Positions 60,466-64,000 of a stretch of DNA of 64,000 bases are shown here, piece by piece (position 1 is the first letter of the stretch; every line of letters begins with the position of its first letter). The stretch is from an uncultured virus (IMG/VR IMGVR_UViG_2061766007_002278) (lineage: Duplodnaviria > Heunggongvirae > Uroviricota > Caudoviricetes): the IMG/VR virus record IMGVR_UViG_2061766007_002278; one strand, given 5' to 3'. The notes under the pieces are model-generated. The model did no database searches. It saw only the letters and a list, made by a program, of their open reading frames with translations, and was not told where the DNA came from. The position numbers were made by a program, and so were the translations under genes.

Positions 60466-63406
60466 ATGAAAATTTATATAAATAATCAATTAGCAAAAGC
60501 CGAGATTTTGCCGGTCGATACACCGACACTAGACGAGACGTTGGAGACATTTTCTTTTGCTTTGATTTCAAATACAAACCCGATTCCTTTAGCGCCTATG
60601 CAAAAAGTCAAAGTTGATTTTTTAGGCGATGAATCGGATGTTGCCTATTTTTATATTGTAAGCGATAGCGTGGAGACCTATTCATTAAATCCTCTTCGCT
60701 ATAAGCACAACTTATCTTGCATCCAAAACACCCGCGCTCTTTCAAAACACCTTGTTAGAAACTCCTCATTTACACAGCCGGGCTATTTGGCAAAATCCGC
60801 ATTTAACGCAGAATCGGCATCGCCGAGAAATATCGGTGTCCAAGAAGGAGAAAGTGTCGACTGGCAACCAAACGGCCAACCGAGTCTTAACTGGGCGAGC
60901 GAAAAACTGGCCCTTACAAAAAACGAAAAAATAAAAAGCGCAAAGTTTAATATTTCTTTTCAATGGTATAGAGAACAAGTCGGTGGAGTCGCATCAAGAA
61001 AAGACCTTTATTCTGATGCCCATACTGTTGCCGATATTACGGCCCATGCGGACTGCTATGACCAATTTGTTTTTAATGATACATTTACTTTGTATTACGA
61101 AGATGCGAATGGCACCGGCCACACCGAATCCGTAACAGCNNNNNNNNNNNNNCTTAATTCTTCTTACGAATTCCCGCGCATTGTCGAATTGGCAAAGCAA
61201 GGATGTAACAACTTTGAAATTCGATTTGATAGCACTTCCGTTTTCTCCGCTATATATGCTCAAAACCCGGTGGAATATTATCCGGTCCAATATTGGCAGA
61301 TGCAATTAGAAATCGTGGCCGAGGTATATTGGTGGAATTGCTATGAAATATTGCAATTATTATTAGAAAGACAAACCAAAAGCGCCAATTATCATTATTA
61401 TGAACCAAAATTGTTTAAATTACCTGAAACCGGCGAATTGCACGATTTGTTAGTAAATACAGTTGCTCCTAATTTTACTTTTACCCAATTAACAATGTAT
61501 GAATGTGTGGCAGATGTCTTCCGCGTATTTGATGCCATATTTACTATGGACGAGGATGGCTACCTCGGCATCGAGTTTTTTAATAACCTAGACACCGAAT
61601 TTATCACTGATTCAAATATAAAATTAACAGGCCGCAATTTATCACTTGGTGAGGATAAATATACAAACGGACTCGTGACCTACTACCAAGATGCAAGAAC
61701 GGAGGAAGCCTACCCAAAAGACGGCAGTTTCGCTCCTTTAAGAAGCAGCGAGTTTGGTGTTCCGGCGCGTAGTGACCACCACTTTATCGTTCCGCACGCC
61801 ATTGATTCCGTTATTAAATGCGAGGCTATACTTCCTGCTATTAGATATGATACTAATGTTTATTGCTATGGCGATATTGTTATCGATATTACTCGATTTG
61901 TATTAGAACAGAATGTATTTTCAATGCTTAACAAAGGAAACATTACTTCCTCCGATTATGAGGGCAGGGTTGTCAAACAAAGCAACTCCGTTTTCTATGT
62001 CAAAAACGATAATAAAATACAAGTTGCGTTCTCTTATAAAAACGAATGGAATCTTACCCATTACTCATTATATAACGCACTAGCGATGGCGCTTGTTAGA
62101 ATGAGCGGCTACCAAACCGGTGGTTGGCAACCTTTAAGTGAATACGAATCCGAAGATTGGAGCCTTTTCAAATTGCGCCTCACCTATATAACATCCGTAG
62201 ACGGAAAAATGAAAATCCACTCATTAACTGAAAAGTATCCGGGCGAAACGTTGGTCGACCAAAGTAACGGCGCAGTAGACCTTAACAAACTCGGTCTTAA
62301 TATGCTCGGCCTTTCTTTAAAATTAGGAAACCCAACCTTAAACGCTACTCATAGAATTACAAGTTGGAATAGAAGAATCAAGCAAGGCCAAATCTATGAA
62401 TGGACCGTTAATAATGAAAAAACTTTATGGGTCGCAAACGTGGTCAATTACACGTTCTTTAAAGGTGCGATTCAAGGAAAGATATCATTCGTGCAAAATT
62501 TCAATCAACTCGCACTAAGAACCCAACTATTACGCGAAAAGCGCATGACTAACATTTCAAAAGAATTAGTTTTGAAAAGCGAAGAAATATTAACTGATTA
62601 TGTTTACTTTTCTTCTGAGGAATTTGAGGAGATTATTAGTTCGTCCACGTTTTTTGATAACGAGCAACTCCGTTATTTTATAAGAGATAGTTTTAATATT
62701 GTCGGGCCACGTTCAAAAGTGGATGATTTCTATTTATATGATGAAGACGAAATCGACCAAATTACAGGCGAAGTAAAAGCCGTTTATATTCCATCAGTTA
62801 AATACGGCGCGGGTAATACGGTCAACTTTGAAATGTCGTTTGACGAACCAATGAATGCCGGAAACCAAACAAAAAAAAGGGCCTCTTCTTGGGCAGGCAC
62901 AAACAAAATTGTTACTTATCATATTATTTACACCGAAGATACTGATGGCAAAATGGTTATTTATGGCGATGAGAATGCCGCAAAAATTAGTTATGGATTC
63001 TTGGATAAAGTGAGCATTGTCGCTCCTGTTAATGCGGACCCATATACTGACGACTTCCCAATCGCTAACATCCAACTTGGAAGCCCAACACGTCAAGAAT
63101 ATATATCTATTAGAGAATTTGAAGTTTACAAACAACCAAATGAGATATTTGCGCTCAATTACCAGTTGGCTTTCTTACCAATTCCGGGCCGCGAAAATAT
63201 CGACTTTATCGGTAATGAATTTATAAATAATAACTGCTTTGTAAAAACAATCACGGAGAACAAACTGAAGCGCTCCATTGTGTTTTTTGATACAAAATGC
63301 AGCAACCTCGACATTAAGGCTACTAACTATTTTTTGAAAAAAGAAATCACATCCGTTGATTTGGATTATTATAGTTACTTTTGGTTAGATTTTAGTTTTG
63401 CAGCCT
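60466..63406 (+). CDS. Large tail/baseplate protein (3' end lost in N-gap)
   Basis: Homologue of 23150..26269. Confidence 0.6.
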
Positions 63407-64000
63407 NNNNNNNNNNNNNNNNNNNNNNNNNNNNNNNNNNNNNNNNNNNNNNNNNNNNNNNNNNNNNNNNNNNNNNNNNNNNNNNNNNNNNNNNNNNNNN
63501 NNNNNNNNNNNNNNNNNNNNNNNNNNNNNNNNNNNNNNNNNNNNNNNNNNNNNNNNNNNNNNNNNNNNNNNNNNNNNNNNNNNNNNNNNNNNNNNNNNNN
63601 NNNNNNNNNNNNNNNNNNNNNNNNNNNNNNNNNNNNNNNNNNNNNNNNNNNNNNNNNNNNNNNNNNNNNNNNNNNNNNNNNNNNNNNNNNNNNNNNNNNN
63701 NNNNNNNNNNNNNNNNNNNNNNNNNNNNNNNNNNNNNNNNNNNNNNNNNNNNNNNNNNNNNNNNNNNNNNNNNNNNNNNNNNNNNNNNNNNNNNNNNNNN
63801 NNNNNNNNNNNNNNNNNNNNNNNNNNNNNNNNNNNNNNNNNNNNNNNNNNNNNNNNNNNNNNNNNNNNNNNNNNNNNNNNNNNNNNNNNNNNNNNNNNNN
63901 NNNNNNNNNNNNNNNNNNNNNNNNNNTAAGTCAATCCGAAACTGCGCTTGCTGGTATTGTTTATTTAACTATTCAAATTAAAGAAAGTGGCTCACAAAAC

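Larger units (their letters stand above)
37217..64000. mobile_element. Phage genome unit B (related to A, truncated at window end)
   Basis: Syntenic homologues of the unit A genes in the same order and orientation. Confidence 0.85.

Overview
The window holds two related but distinct tailed-phage genomes in head-to-tail order. Unit A spans about 1-37216, one full repeat period, because 1-567 aligns with 37217-37786. Unit B runs from 37217 to the window end and is truncated in the tail genes. Each unit has a minus-strand early arm (replication, recombination) and a plus-strand late arm (terminase, portal, MuF-like minor capsid, scaffold, major capsid, neck/tail). Methyltransferases and MetK lie at 29971-36938. 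Many short N-gaps with duplicated flanks suggest a strain-mixed metagenomic scaffold, so the A-B join may be an artefact. Two features stand out. (1) Fourteen otherwise unrelated small genes beside the minor capsid gene (9 in A, 5 in B) all start with the same ~15-aa peptide, M..[FY]K[SNTD]P[LI]xxAxx[IL]. Their cargo domains include GNAT, ParB-like and zeta-toxin kinase, which makes this a candidate capsid-targeting tag plus injected-effector array. (2) Unit B carries a diversity-generating retroelement: target gene, VR, TR and RT, with all 17 TR/VR mismatches at TR adenines and no obvious Avd gene. It sits in the head module, where unit A has a non-DGR cassette. No tape measure, endolysin or integrase could be recognised. 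All protein-family calls come from motif recognition by eye, not database searches.
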